DNA of 64,000 bases from assembly GCF_963921235.1 (NCBI RefSeq), contig NC_086097.1, forward strand, positions 164,364,001-164,428,000. The letters are read 5' to 3'. Below the pieces are notes generated by a model. That model saw only the letters and a list, made by a program, of their open reading frames with translations, did no database searches and had not been told where the DNA came from. This DNA comes from Mobula hypostoma. Taxonomy: Eukaryota. Numbering within the stretch: the stretch's first letter is position 1; every line of letters starts with the position of its first letter. Shown one piece after another: positions 52,209-64,000 of this stretch. Both the position numbers and the translations under genes were made by a program.

Positions 52209-54169
52209 TTCAGGCTCTGGACCACGCTGTATATAAAAAAAAACTATCTTGAACATCTCCCTTATACTTTCCTCCACTCATCTTAAAAGGATGTCATCTG
52301 GTATTAGCAATTGCCACCCTTGGAAAAAGATGCTGGCTGCCAATTCTATCTTATACTTTCATACATCTCTATCAAGTCAACTCTCTTTCTCCTCTTTAAA
52401 GAGAAAAACCCCAGCTCAATAGGTACATTTAATGTCAGAGAAATGTATACAATATACATCCTGAAATTCTTCTTCTTTGCAAACATCCACAAAAACAGAG
52501 GAGTGCCCCAAAGAATGAATGCCAGTTAAATGTTAGAACCCCAAAATACCCCTCCAGCTCCCCCCCACACACGTAAGCAGCAGCAAAGCAACGACCCCCC
52601 CCCCCCCTTTCCCCCAGCTTTTTCAGTCTTTCCTTATAAGAGATGTTCTCCAATGCAGGCAGCATCCTGATAAATGTTCTCTGTAGCTTCCCTGAAGTGT
52701 CCACATCCTTCCTGTAGTGCAATCAGAATTGAACATAATATTCTAAGTATGCTATAACCAGAGTTTTATAGAGCTGCAACCCATAAGGAATTACAAATAA
52801 AAGAGAAACCGCTGGAATTTTTTAAAAAGCACTTGCTGGAAATTCTCCTTCTCAACTTTTCTGCAACCTAGATTAACTTGCTTTCTCTCACAGTCTTGAT
52901 GAAGGGACTTCAAACTGAAACATTAACTGTTCCTCTTTCGACAGATGCTGCCAACCTTCTGAGTTTTTTTTAACATTTTCTGTTTTTATTTCAGATTTCC
53001 CGAATGTGCAAGTCTTTCTCTTAGGTTTTCATGAGGAATTCAAAATTTCATGAGGGATTTCTTTTTACACTGCAAGTAGTCAGGGTCTAAAATGCGGAGT
53101 GAAGGACAGCAATGTACATATATCCAAGGATTGTATTCAGAAGGGAGTTGGGTGAGTATTCGAAAGGAATGAACTTTCAGAGTTAAGGGAAAGGGTGGAA
53201 AGGTAACATGGCTGAATTTCACTTTTCAGAGCTGGAATGTTTTCCATAGCTTAAACAGATGAATATGTTGTTAACAATTGAGTAATTTTGTAGTAACCCT
53301 TGAGCTGAGTAGCTTGCTAAGCTATTCCAAGGAGACAGTTAAGAGTTGACCATATTGGTGAACTTCAAAGTTCTAAGTAAATTTGTTATCAAAGTACTGT
53401 ATGAAAACCATATACATCCTTGAGATTCTTCTTCTTGCAGCTTGGTGTCACATATAAAAACAGACTGGGTAATGAAAATCAGATATCCTTTGATGAAAAC
53501 ATTTACAAACCAGGTGGGTTTTTACAATTCATTTCTATAGTCACCAAGGCTGGGGTGGGGAAAAATACTGAGTTTACTGAATATATTTTCACAGCTTCTA
53601 CAGTGGGATTTGAAGTCATGTCATTGGATTATTATTGCAGACCTCTGAATTACAATTTTCCAAAACGTAGCCACTGTTCCAATGCACCACAGGTAACTAG
53701 TGTGCATGATATGAGCTACCATTTTATGTTTCTGTTTGTCTTCACTCCCACTTCTAATGATCAATGTTTCTGAGCTACAGATTATATTATTCCTGTTTGC
53801 TATTTATAGCCATAATCTGTTAAGAATGAAGAATTTTATAGATGTTGATATTATGTTTTATGTATTGGTTTAAAAGAAAGATGTAAATGCTTTGCACCAA
53901 ATTCCTTTGTTTGTTTTTATAACAATCTCATTAATTTTGACAATGATTTCCAATCCTGAAAGGAAAGGTGAGAGCCTATGGTTTATTCTTGTTCTAAAGT
54001 TGTAAAGCAGCTGTTGTAGATTAATTTGTTTTGCTTTTACATTACCTTTTAAACAGTGATTTTATTGCTGCCTATATTATTCACATTCCATTATCTTCCC
54101 TTTCCATTCCAGCCAATGAATAAGATCATCATACACAAGAACAGAATTACATCATTGGGCCTATTGTGT

Positions 54170-54910
54170 CTGCTCTGCTGTTTCATTCTGGCTGATCCAT
54201 TACCCTCCCAACCCTATTCTCCTGCCTTCTCCCCATAACCTTTCACGCCCTGGCTAATCAAGAATCTATCAACCTCCACCTTAATTACACCCTCTGATCT
54301 GGCTTCCACAGCCACTCGTGGCATCAAATTCCACAGATTCACCACCCTCTGGCTGAAGAAATTCCTCCATATCTCTGAACTAAATGGACATACCTCTATT
54401 TTGAGGCTGCGTCCTTTGACCCTAGACTTCCACCCTAAAGGAAATATCTTCTTTACATCAGCTTTATCTAGGCCTTCCAACATTCAATAGCTTTCAATGA
54501 GATCCCCCCTCATTCTTCTAAATTCCAGTGAGTACAGGCCCAGGGCAATCAACCACTGATCATATGATAAGCCTTTCAATCCTGGAATCATTTTTGTGAA
54601 TGTTCTTTAAACCCTTTTCAAAGTCAGCACATCCTTTATGAGATAAGGGGCCTAAAACTGCTCACAATACCCCAAGTGGTGCCTTATCGGTGCCTTATAA
54701 AGTCTCAGCATTACATCCTTGCTTTTATATTCTACTCCACTTGAAATGAATACCAACATTGCATTTGTTTCTTTCACCACTGATTCAACCTGCAAGTTAG
54801 CCTTTAGGGAATCCTGGACTAGGAATCCAAAATCCATTCGGATTTCTGAATTTCCTCCTTGTTTAGAAATAGTATATGCTTTTATTCCTTCTACCAAAGT
54901 GCATGACTAT
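54170..54910 (-). mobile_element. CR1 LINE 3' fragment
   Basis: RNFFSQRVVNLWN and YKSKDVMLRLYKA. Confidence 0.85.
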
Positions 54911-55200
54911 CTCAGTATCTCAGAAACGGCTGATTTCCTGATATTTTCATGCACATGAGTCTCTAGAGTTTACAAGAATGGTGCAAAAAAAACCCAATAA
55001 AAAACAGCTAGTGAGAGGCAGCTCTGTGGGCAAAAATGCCCTATTAATGAGAGAGTTCAGAGGAGAATGGCCAGACTGGATCAAGCTGACAGGAAGGTGA
55101 CAGTAACTCAAATAACCACACCTTACAACAGTGGTGTGCAAAAGAGCAATTCTGAACACCCAGCACATCGAAACTTGAAGTGGATAAGCTCCAGCAGCAG
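54910..55200 (+). mobile_element. Tc1 transposase N-terminal relic
   Basis: SISETADFL...QRRMARLDQADRKVTVTQITTPYNSGVQKS, a Tc1 DNA-binding region. Confidence 0.75.
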
Positions 55201-56392
55201 TAGTCCATTCTGCGTGCTACAGTTCCCTTACAGACGTTGAAATGTGCGAAGGGGGAGAAAGATTTCAAAAGAAGCAAGTGGGGGCAGTCTGGACATTCTG
55301 TGTGCCATAGTTCCCTTAGAGACATTGGAACATGAGTTGCAGGAGACAAGAAGACACTGGGGCAGTTATGACATTCTATGTACCAAAGTTCCACTGGAGA
55401 CATTGGAGATGAGACAGACCAGTATCCTTGTGGGCAGATTTGCTAGAGCTGTTGGGGAGGGTTTAAACTAATTGGACAGGAGGATGGGAACTGGAGTGAT
55501 AGGGCTGAGGATAAGGAAGTTGGTATACAAGTAGATGCAGTGTGTAGAGAAACTGTGAGGAAGGAGAGGCAAATGTTAGTGCAAAATTGCAGTCAGAGGG
55601 ATGAGTCAAAGTGCAACATGGGAGCAAAATCGAAAAGGGTTGTCATGACACTCTGCAGTTTGAGAGGGAGAAACTAAACTCAGATATATTGGTATTACTG
55701 AGGAGTAAAAGGAATTACTAAGGCATGAGAGTAACTGGCTGAAGTTGATTGGAAGATCACACTAGCAGGGATGACAGCAGAACAGCAACAGCTGAAATTT
55801 ATGGGAGCAACTCAGAAGGCACAGGATAGATACATCCCAAAACTAACCGGAGCATAACACTACCATGGCTGACAAGGGAAGTCATGGACGGCATAAAAGC
55901 TAAAGAGAGAGCATATAATATAGCAAAAATTAATAGGAATTTGGAGGATTGGGAGGCTTTTTAACAACCAACAGAAGGCATCAAAGAAAGCCATAAGGAG
56001 AGAAAACACAAAATATGAAGGTAAGCTAGCCAATAATATAAAAGATGATACCAAAGGTTTTTTCAGGTATATGAGGTGTAAAAGAAAGGTGAGAGTGGAT
56101 ATCAGACCATTGGAAAATGATGCTGGAGAGATAGCAATGGGGTACAAAGAAATGGCAGATAAACTTAAGTATTTTGTGTTAGTCTTCTCTGCGAAGACTC
56201 TAGCAGCATGCCAGAAATTCAAGAGTGTCAGGGAGCAGAAGTGAGTCTAAGGAGAAGGTGCTTCAGAAGCTGAAAGGTCTGAAGGTAGATAAGTCACCTG
56301 GATCAGATGGACTACTCCCCAGGGTTCTGAAAGAGGTAACTGAAGAGATTGTGGAGATACTTGAAGTAATGATCTTTCAAGAATCACTAGAT

Positions 56393-56529
56393 GTTCCAAC
56401 TTTCAAATCCCTTACTCACTCTTCCTTCAGTTAGTCCTGACAAAAGGTCTCGGCCTGAAACGTCGACTGCACCTCTTCCTATAGATGCTGCTTGGCCTGC
56501 TGCGTTCACCAGCAACTTTGATGTATGTT
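56393..56529 (+). mobile_element. PLE 3' terminus with decayed hammerhead
   Basis: 7-bp TSD actagat at 56386-56392 and 56530-56536; tagtcCTGACAAaaggtctcggcctGAAACGTCgactg. Confidence 0.8.
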
Positions 56530-56921
56530 ACTAGATTTTGGAATGTTTCTGGAGGACTAGAAAATGGCAAATGTCACTCCACTCTTTAGGAAGGGAGAGA
56601 TACAGAAGAAAGGAAATTATAGGCCAGTTAGTCTGACTTTAGTGTTTGGGAAGATATTGGAGTCTATTATTAAGTTTGAGGTTTCAGGGTACTTGGAGGT
56701 ACATGTTAAAATAGGCCAGTCAATATGGTTTCCTTAAGGGGAAATCTTGCCTGACAAATCTGTTGTAATTCTTTGAAGGAATAGCAAGCAATATAGACAA
56801 CAAGACACAATGGAAGTTGTGTACTTGGACTTTCAGAACACCTTAGACAAGGTGCTGCACATGAAACGACTTAACAAGATAAGAACAAGATAAGAGCCGT
56901 GTAATTGCAGGAAAGATATTA

Positions 56922-57405
56922 CGAGGGGTGATTGATAAGTTCGTGGCCTAATGTAGAAGAAGTCAATTTTAGAAAACCTAGCACATTCATTTTTCAACAT
57001 AGTCCCCTCCTACATGTACACACTTAGTCCAGCGGTCGTGGAGCATACGGATCCCTTCTTTGTAGAAGTGGTCCACAGCAGGGGTGATTGATAAGTTCGT
57101 GGCCTAAGGTAGAAGGAGATGAATTATACAGCTCTCATTACATGAGCGTGCAGTTCAACTCTTTGAGTGAAAATGCAGAAAGTTTGAAGTTTCTCCTCAC
57201 CTCCTTCTACTTTAAGCCACGAACTTATCAATCACCCCTGCTGTGGACCACTTCTGGAGGTCCAAGACACTGACTTTAACAAAGAAGGGATCCGTATGCT
57301 CCACAACTGCTGGATTAAGTGTGTAAATGTAGGAAAAATAAATGTGCTAGGCTTTCTAAAATTGACTCCTTCTACCTTAGGCCACAAACTTATCAATCAC
57401 CCCCC
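56922..57405. mobile_element. Mariner-derived palindromic MITE with four TIR copies
   Basis: TA TSD at 56920-56921 and 57406-57407; TIR ggggtgattgataagttcgtggcct. The arms derive from the transposase 3' end (KEGIRMLH..W.KCVNVGGDYVEK). Confidence 0.88.
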
Positions 57406-57754
57406 ATAGAATGGATAGAAGATTGGCTGACTGGCAGGAGTCAAAGAGGAAGAATAAAGGGGGCCTTTCTTGGTTAGTTGCTGTTCACTAGTGATGTTCC
57501 GCAAGGGTTGGTGTTGGGACCATTTTTCTTCACATTATATGTCAATGATTTGGATGACAGAATTGATGGTTTGTGGGCAAGCTTTTCAGTTGATACTAAG
57601 ACAGGTAGAGGGCAGGTAATATTGAGAAAGCAAAGAGTGTGCAGAAGAACTTAGACAATTATGAGAATGGGCAAAAAAGTGGCAGATGGAATATAGTGTA
57701 GGAAAGTATATGGTCATGCACTTTAGTAGAAGGAATAAAGGCATAAACAATTTC

Positions 57755-60618
57755 CAAAAGAAAGAAGTTAAGATTGGAGTCTAGCTTCATTTTTATTTTA
57801 ACCAAGGCACACACGTACCACCTGATGCATAATGACGTATGCCATTTACATACTTTTATATATAACCTGCAATTAATTATTTAAACAACCAAACAATGCT
57901 TAATCAAATATTATAGTTACAATATTACTCAAATACAGCCGAAATATTAAATGTATAATACTTCTTCCTGCTTAGTTATAAACTCCAACTAAATACAGAA
58001 TTTGTATCAGCTGTATACACAGTATACTATATAATACAACTACTATACAGACAACCACAATATAGAAAATTTTAAATTGCCCCACTCAGGCCCAAAGATT
58101 TAATCACTGTGGAGGATTTCATACTCTTGTGGGATAACACCGTTTCTGACAAGGGAGGACATTCTGCTTGGCAGGTGAGACATGTGGCTATGAAAACAGT
58201 CTCAGGTTCTGGGGTCTCCTCTGTGGTGGGTTGTAGGAGTTGACTCTGAAATTGCAAAAAGAAGTTCTGACTTCTCTGAGATATACTTCAATCCTTGCTT
58301 TTCTCCCAGTCCTGGCTTCTTTCTCTCTCTTTATCCAACTTTTTTTCTTTATCAAATTCTTTCCCTCTTACATGTCTTTCTCTTTCTTGCTCATGTTCTT
58401 TCTCTCTATCAGCACTCTCCTTTTCTACTTGTTGTCTTTCTTTTTCTCACCTTCCTTTTTCTTCTTTGAGTTACTTGTGAGCATCCCTGAGTTTACTAAT
58501 TTCAACAGAAATTATGTCTCATTTATCCTCTTCCATTTCCATAGCACTTACAGTATGCCATCCTCCTCTTGCTTTTCCTTTTGATCTGGATGTGCATCTT
58601 GATCTAGGGAACGTGCATTCAGCTCACTGAAGTATTCTCTTAATAATCCTTCTAATGCTTCTTTTACATTCTGATCTCTCCTCCTGGTTTCCTCATCCAC
58701 AACATCATCTGGCAAATCCTCTGTTTTCGTATCTCCATTCATCCGTTCTTTTTCACCTTCCATTCATCTAGCTGGGCCTTGGCCTTTACATCTACCTTTA
58801 CAAGTTGCTTTATGTCTTTCATTAATCTTAGTACATGCAGAGTTGATACTGGTTCTTAAAATATAGCCACATTTCCAAGTAACTGCCTGATTAACATATC
58901 AGAAACTTAGTCAGATATGTTGCCTACAAAAATTGCTGTAGGCAGACCACTGCTTTCATGACTTTCATGTTTCCTCTGAACTGCATGGTCCTTCCTTGAT
59001 GCAGTATGCTTTCCAACCAGAGGCACAGGGGTTGGCACAAACACCTATTTGTCCACTGTTGGGCAACAGTTCATGACGGTTGGTATGGGAACAGTTCTGG
59101 CATTATCCAGTACTTTTCTTAATTCACTTTCTGTTGGTTTTGTTACAGGGAATGTAGCATGCAAATTCTGGATGGATCTCCAAACAAGTTGTAATTGTCT
59201 CAGGCAATCATGCCCCACAATGCTAGTCCTTCTATTTTTACCACATACAATCTCAATGTGGCTTGTTGGTTGTTGTATTTCACTGTTATGGCTGTCATTT
59301 CCACAGGAGTTATCTTTGCTCCAGTATAAGTTCTTGGTTGGATATCTGCAGGTTTCAGTTTAGTATCTTTCAAATGTCATTCAAATTCATTTTGTGGAAT
59401 GACTGAAACAGCTGAGCCAGTGTCCAATTCCATTTTAATTAATTTGCTGTTCATTTCTGGTGAAATTATTGCTTGTCTACTGGAAGATTTCACATTGTAA
59501 ATCTCAAAGCTATTCAGTTCTGTGACATTTTCATTATTATCATATTTTTCATCAACAGCATACAGATTAGTGCTTTTTTTAAAACTGCAACTTGACTTTT
59601 TATCTTTGTACTTCCCCGTGCAGATCATTTATTTTTGACTGCCTGATATGCTCTTTGTATGTGTCTTTGTATCTGTCTTTTCCATTAACACAGCTATTTC
59701 AACTGCTCCTTTGAGTTGTGCTTCAGTTAGAAGCCATTTTTGAATGATTTCCTGTGAGGTTCCACAAATGAAATGACCTCTCAGAGCATCATTAAGCACA
59801 TCTCTGAACTGACAGTATTTGGACAATCTCTTCAATTTAGCCATGTAAGCTGAAATGGACTCCCCTTCCTTTTGATTCCACTTATGAAACATAAAGCACT
59901 CTGCAAACAGCAATATTTTTGGATCTAAATGGTCCTGCATTACTTTCACAATATCAGCAAAGCTCATTTCAGTTGGTTTGGTTAGAGCAGTCACATTTCT
60001 AAGTAAACTGGATGCCTTTAAATCCAATACACTCAGCAAACTGGCACTCATTTCTCATCGGCTATTTCATTTGCTTCAAAATACTGTTCCAACTGTTCAG
60101 TATACATGAACCAATTATCAGTTGTGTAATCGAATGTGTAGCCAGGGTTTCTGCTCTTTAGTACTCAAATGTTTATGAGCCCATGAATTTTTCTGTTTGC
60201 TACTTTTTTAAAATCAACATTCCCTGTCTGTTCCTGAAGAAGCAAATGCAATACTGTTTTCTTTTATTCGACCACTTCTCACTGCACTTCCTTTTAAACT
60301 CAAACATCTTGCTGCGATTCAACAAGTAAGTATCCATCTTGGGTTTGTTTAAAACTTTCTCATCACCATTGGTGTATTTTATAAATCTAAAACATAAAGG
60401 CTAATTGAAAGGAAAGCAAGGGAGCTGAGTATGGGAGTCTAACTTCATTTTTTTACTTTGAGTGAGTCGCACACGTACCATGTGGCAGCATAATGACGTA
60501 TGTCATTTGCGTACTTTTACATATAACCAGCAATGAATCACTTTAAACAAAGAATGGTTAATCAAACAATATATTTACAATGTTACTCAAATACTACTGA
60601 AATATTGAATACACAACA
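57755..60618 (-). mobile_element. Two-LTR Gypsy element lacking RT/RNaseH/integrase core, carrying a captured host cDNA
   Basis: 5' LTR 60370-60618, PBS-like tggtgatgag at 60359-60368, gag (59629-60051), protease KMELDTGSAVSVI, integrase tail at about 58095-58265, purine tract at 57961-57973 and 3' LTR at about 57755-57960. Confidence 0.88.
58271..59090 (-). pseudogene. RBM25: Processed RBM25 fragment (RRM to RE/RD-rich region) inside the Gypsy element
   Basis: Colinear translation LVGKH..SRKDH, IFVGNISD*VSDMLIRQLL, EPVSTLHVLRL, LVKVDVKAKAQLDEWK, DEETRRRDQNVKEALEGLLREYFSELNA and MEMEEDK*DIISVEISKLRDAHK*LKEEKG matches recalled RBM25. No introns; stops and frameshifts present. Confidence 0.9.
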
Positions 60619-60619
60619 G

Positions 60620-63520
60620 AATGCTCCTCTTGTGGTATGTGGGAAGGCAGGGAAATCTCTAGTGTCCCTGATGCAGCTTCTTTCAGTCATGTTAAAGAAT
60701 TGGAGCCAGAGCTGGAGCTGGATGAACTCTACATCATTAGGGAGGCTGAAAGGGTTGACCAACAGGAGATGCGGGGGGTAGTTACTCCCAAGCCGCAGGA
60801 CACAGGTAACTGTGTGACCGTTAGGAGGGGGAGGTGGGAAAAGGAGATAGGCAGCCAGTTCAGAGTACCCTTGTACCACTTTGGAGACTGCTTGGGGAGG
60901 ATGACCGAGCAGGGTAAAGTCACAGCAGTCATGTCTCTGACACTGAGTCTGGTTCTGTGAGTCAGGAGGGAAGGGATGAGAAGAGGGTAGAAGAACAGAC
61001 AGGACGAGATTTCCGAATGGTGTGTTGCCTCCCAGGTGCCAGGATCAGGGACATCTTGAACAACGTCCTCAGCATTCTTAAGTGGGCGGGTGAGGAACCA
61101 GAGGTGATGGTCCACATCAATACCAATGACATGGGTAAAAAGAGTGACAAAGTCCTGCAGAGTGAGTTGTGCTAAGTTAAAGGACAGGACCTCCGGGGGT
61201 TGTGATCCTAGGATTGCTACCCGTGCAATGTGCTGGTGAGGCTAGAAATAGAGAGATTAACATGTGGCTAAGGAATTGGTATGGAAGAGAGGGCTTCAGG
61301 TTTTTAGATCACTGGGCTCTCTTCCAGGAAATGTGGGACTTGTACGGACAAGATGCTTTGTACCTGAACTGGAGGTGGACTGATATCACTATGGGAAGCT
61401 TTGCTAATGTCACACGGAGAAGGATTAAACTAGATTTCCAAGGAGATGTGAACCAGTGCCAGAACAGTTAATGGAGTTGTTATAGGGAAAGATGGATCAG
61501 CATGTGGAATTATGACATTGTAGACATTAGTGAAACTTGGTTGTAGGGGTTGGGGTGAGGACTGGCAACTCAATATTTCAAGGTTCCAATGTCTTCGACA
61601 TGATGGAGCAGGAGGGATTAAAGGGGGGAGGGGTGACATTACTCATAGTCAGGGAATTGTCAAGGCAGTGCTCAGACGTGACAGGCTGGAGAACTTATTT
61701 ATGAGGCTAAATGGGTAGAACCGAGGAATAAGTATTCCTTTTTCCCTCTCTCATTCTATCTCCTTACCTGCCCATCACCTTTCACAGGTGCTCCTCCTCC
61801 TTCCCTTTCTTCCATAATTTTCTGTTCTCTCCGATCAGATTTCCCGCTTCTACAGCCCTTTACCTCTTTCATCAATCTACTTCACAGCTCTTTACTTTAC
61901 TCCCTCCCCCTCCCAGTTTCACCTATCACCTACCACCTTGTACTTTCCTCCCCTCCCCCACCTTCTTTATCTGCCTTCTCCTCTTTCTTTCCAGTCCTGA
62001 TGAAGGGTTTTGGCCCAAAACAGCGACTGCCCTCTTTTCCATAGATGCTGCCTGGCCTGCTGAGTTCCTCCAGCATTTTGTGTGTGTTATTAATAGAAAA
62101 AGATGACCATGTTAATGGGATTATAGACCACCCAACAGTCAGCAGGATTTACAGGAGCACATTTGTAGAGAGATCATAGACTGTTGCAAGAAACACAGGG
62201 TTGTGATAGTAGGTGATTTTAACTTCCCACAGATTGACTGGATCTCCCATACTGTAAAAGGGCTGGATGGGATAGAGTTTGTGAAATGTGTTCAGAAAAG
62301 TATTCTTAATCAATGCATAAAGGTCCCAACTAGAGAGTGTGATACTAGATCTCCTAGTATGGAATGAGACAAGACAGGTTTGAGTAGGGCAATGGTTCCC
62401 AGCCTGGTGTCCACAGACCCATCGGTATTGGTCCATGGCATAAAAAAGGTTGAGAACCCCAGGGGCTTGTATGGTGTGCCTCATGGGAGGTTCAATCACT
62501 TGGTATTCAGGAAAAAGTAATAAATGGTTTAGAAGAAGCCACAGAGTGATAGTAAATGGTTGGCTCTCTGACTGGAGGCCTGTGATTAGTTGGGTGTCGC
62601 AGGGATCGATGCTGGATCTATTGTTGTTAGTATCTATATCAATGATCTGGATGATATTGTAGTAAACTGGATCAGCAAACTACTGATAGCTCCAAGAGTA
62701 GGGGGTAGTGGACAACGAGGAAGGCTATTAATGCTTGTGGTAGGGTCCAGACCAGCTGGAAAAATGGGTTGAAAATTGTGGATGGAATTTAATGCAGACA
62801 AGTGTGAAATGTTTCACTTTGGGGAAAAAAAACGGGATAGGACTTGTATGGTGAGCGGTAGGTCATTGACTAATTTGGTAGAACAGAGGGATCTGAGAAT
62901 ATAGATCGATAATTCCTTGAAAATTGTGTCACACGTCAATAGGGTCATAAAGATAGTATTTGGCACATTGGCCTTCATAAATTCAAGTATTGAATACAAA
63001 ATTTGGGATGTTATGTTGAAGTTGTATCAGATGTTGGTGAGGACTAATTTGGAGCATCGTGTGCAGTTTTGACCACCTACCTACAGGAAAAATGTCAATA
63101 AGATTGAAAGAGTGCAGGTAAAGTTTACAAGGATGTTTCCAGGAAATGAGGGCCTGAGTTATAAGGAAAGGTTGACTAGGTTAGAAATTTATTCTCTAGA
63201 GCATAGGATAATGAGGGGTATACAGTACACAATTATAAGGGGTATAGGTAGGGTAAATGCCAGCAGGCTTTGTCCAATGAGGTTGGGTGAGACTACTACT
63301 AGAGGTCATGAGTTAAGGATGAATAGTAAAATGTTTAAGGGGAACATGAGGGGAAACTTCTTCCCTCAGAGGATGGTGAGAGTGTGGAACGAGCTTCCGG
63401 TGAAACTGGTGGATGCAGGTTCGATTTCAATATTTAAGAGAAATTTAGATAGGCACACGGCTGAGAGGGGTGTGGAGGATGCAGGGCAATGGGACGAGGC
63501 AGATTAATAGTTTGACATGG
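60620..63520 (+). mobile_element. CR1 LINE (ORF1 SGNH-esterase-like, endonuclease, RT 3' end), internally deleted
   Basis: VCCLPGARIRDI, VHINTND, VIVGDFNFPQIDW and NFFPQRMVRVWNELP. Interrupted by a PLE end (about 61735-62088) and a small TIR element (about 62389-62462). Confidence 0.88.
61735..62088 (+). mobile_element. PLE 3' UTR and terminus with decayed hammerhead
   Basis: Pyrimidine-rich UTR, then ccagtcCTGATGAagggttttggcccaaaacagcgactg and the shared gatgctgcctggcctgctgagttcctccagca end. Confidence 0.8.
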
Positions 63521-63534
63521 ACTGAATAAGACCA

Positions 63535-63880
63535 TAAGACCATAAGACGTAGGAGCAGTATTAGGCCTTTTGATTCATTAAATATGCTCCACATTTCATC
63601 AGGACTGATCCATTTTCCCTCACAGTCCTAAACTTCTGCTTTCTCCCATATTTCTTCATACCCTGACTAATCAAGAATCTATCAACCTCTGCCTTAAAAA
63701 TACCCAATGACTTGGCCTCCACAGAAACCTGCGGCAATGCTTTCCACAGGTTCTCCACCCTCTGGCTAAAGAAATTACTCATCTCTGTTCTGAATGGACA
63801 TCCCTCTACTCTTAGGCAGTGTCCTCTGGTCTTAAGCTCCCTCACCATAGGAAGCATCCTCTCCGCATCTACTTGTCAGT
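63535..63880 (-). mobile_element. CR1 LINE 3' end
   Basis: TRGHCLR...NFFSQRVENLWKALP; (tcttatgg)n tail. Confidence 0.85.
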
Positions 63881-64000
63881 ACCTTCATTTGAACTCTGTC
63901 TTTTTGTATGTTTCCCCCAGCTGTCAGTCTGTGGTTTTGTATTGTCATGTGCTCCTGTCCCCGCTCCTGCTCTACTCCGGCCCCTGTAATACTGAGTACT

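Larger units (their letters stand above)
55410..57750 (+). mobile_element. CR1 LINE carrying PLE and mariner-MITE insertions
   Basis: KSPGSDGL.PRVLKE, ANVTPLFRKG...GNYRPVSLT and VYLDFQ. Confidence 0.88.

Noticed and set aside
55204..55410. CRISPR-like repeat-spacer array
   Set aside because: Vertebrate context, only three diverged repeats and no cas genes.
58240..58584. 114-aa hydrophobic ORF as a membrane protein
   Set aside because: It is the antisense reading of the purine-rich RE/RD region of the RBM25 fragment.
7000..64000. Exons of a downstream neighbour gene (THEMIS-like or RAB12 expected from recalled synteny)
   Set aside because: No splice-flanked segment with recognisable similarity was found by eye; short exons could have been missed.

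Overview
Vertebrate nuclear DNA, most likely from a cartilaginous fish (inferred from the V-SINE, CR1, Rex1 and Penelope repeat landscape). The window holds the last two coding exons and the putative 3' UTR of the receptor tyrosine phosphatase PTPRM on the + strand. About 57 kb of repeat-dense intergenic DNA follows: CR1, Rex1/Babar, L1, Tx1 and RTE LINEs, V-SINEs, Gypsy LTR elements and solo LTRs, Penelope-like elements (PLEs), and Tc1/mariner and other MITEs. Most short ORFs in the track are noise or decayed transposon fragments. Main observations: (1) a two-LTR Gypsy element whose RT/RNaseH/integrase core is replaced by an intron-less RBM25 mRNA fragment, with a sibling copy that keeps RT in the same window; (2) many PLE termini carrying minimal hammerhead ribozymes, including a palindromic double-hammerhead cassette with a 14-bp TSD in the putative PTPRM 3' UTR; (3) a 37-nt antisense copy of the U6 snRNA catalytic core enclosed by a 13-bp stem; (4) a three-level nested insertion; (5) an ETS-rich candidate endothelial enhancer. 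Family assignments come from recalled motifs, not database searches. Repeat boundaries are approximate unless a TSD is quoted.
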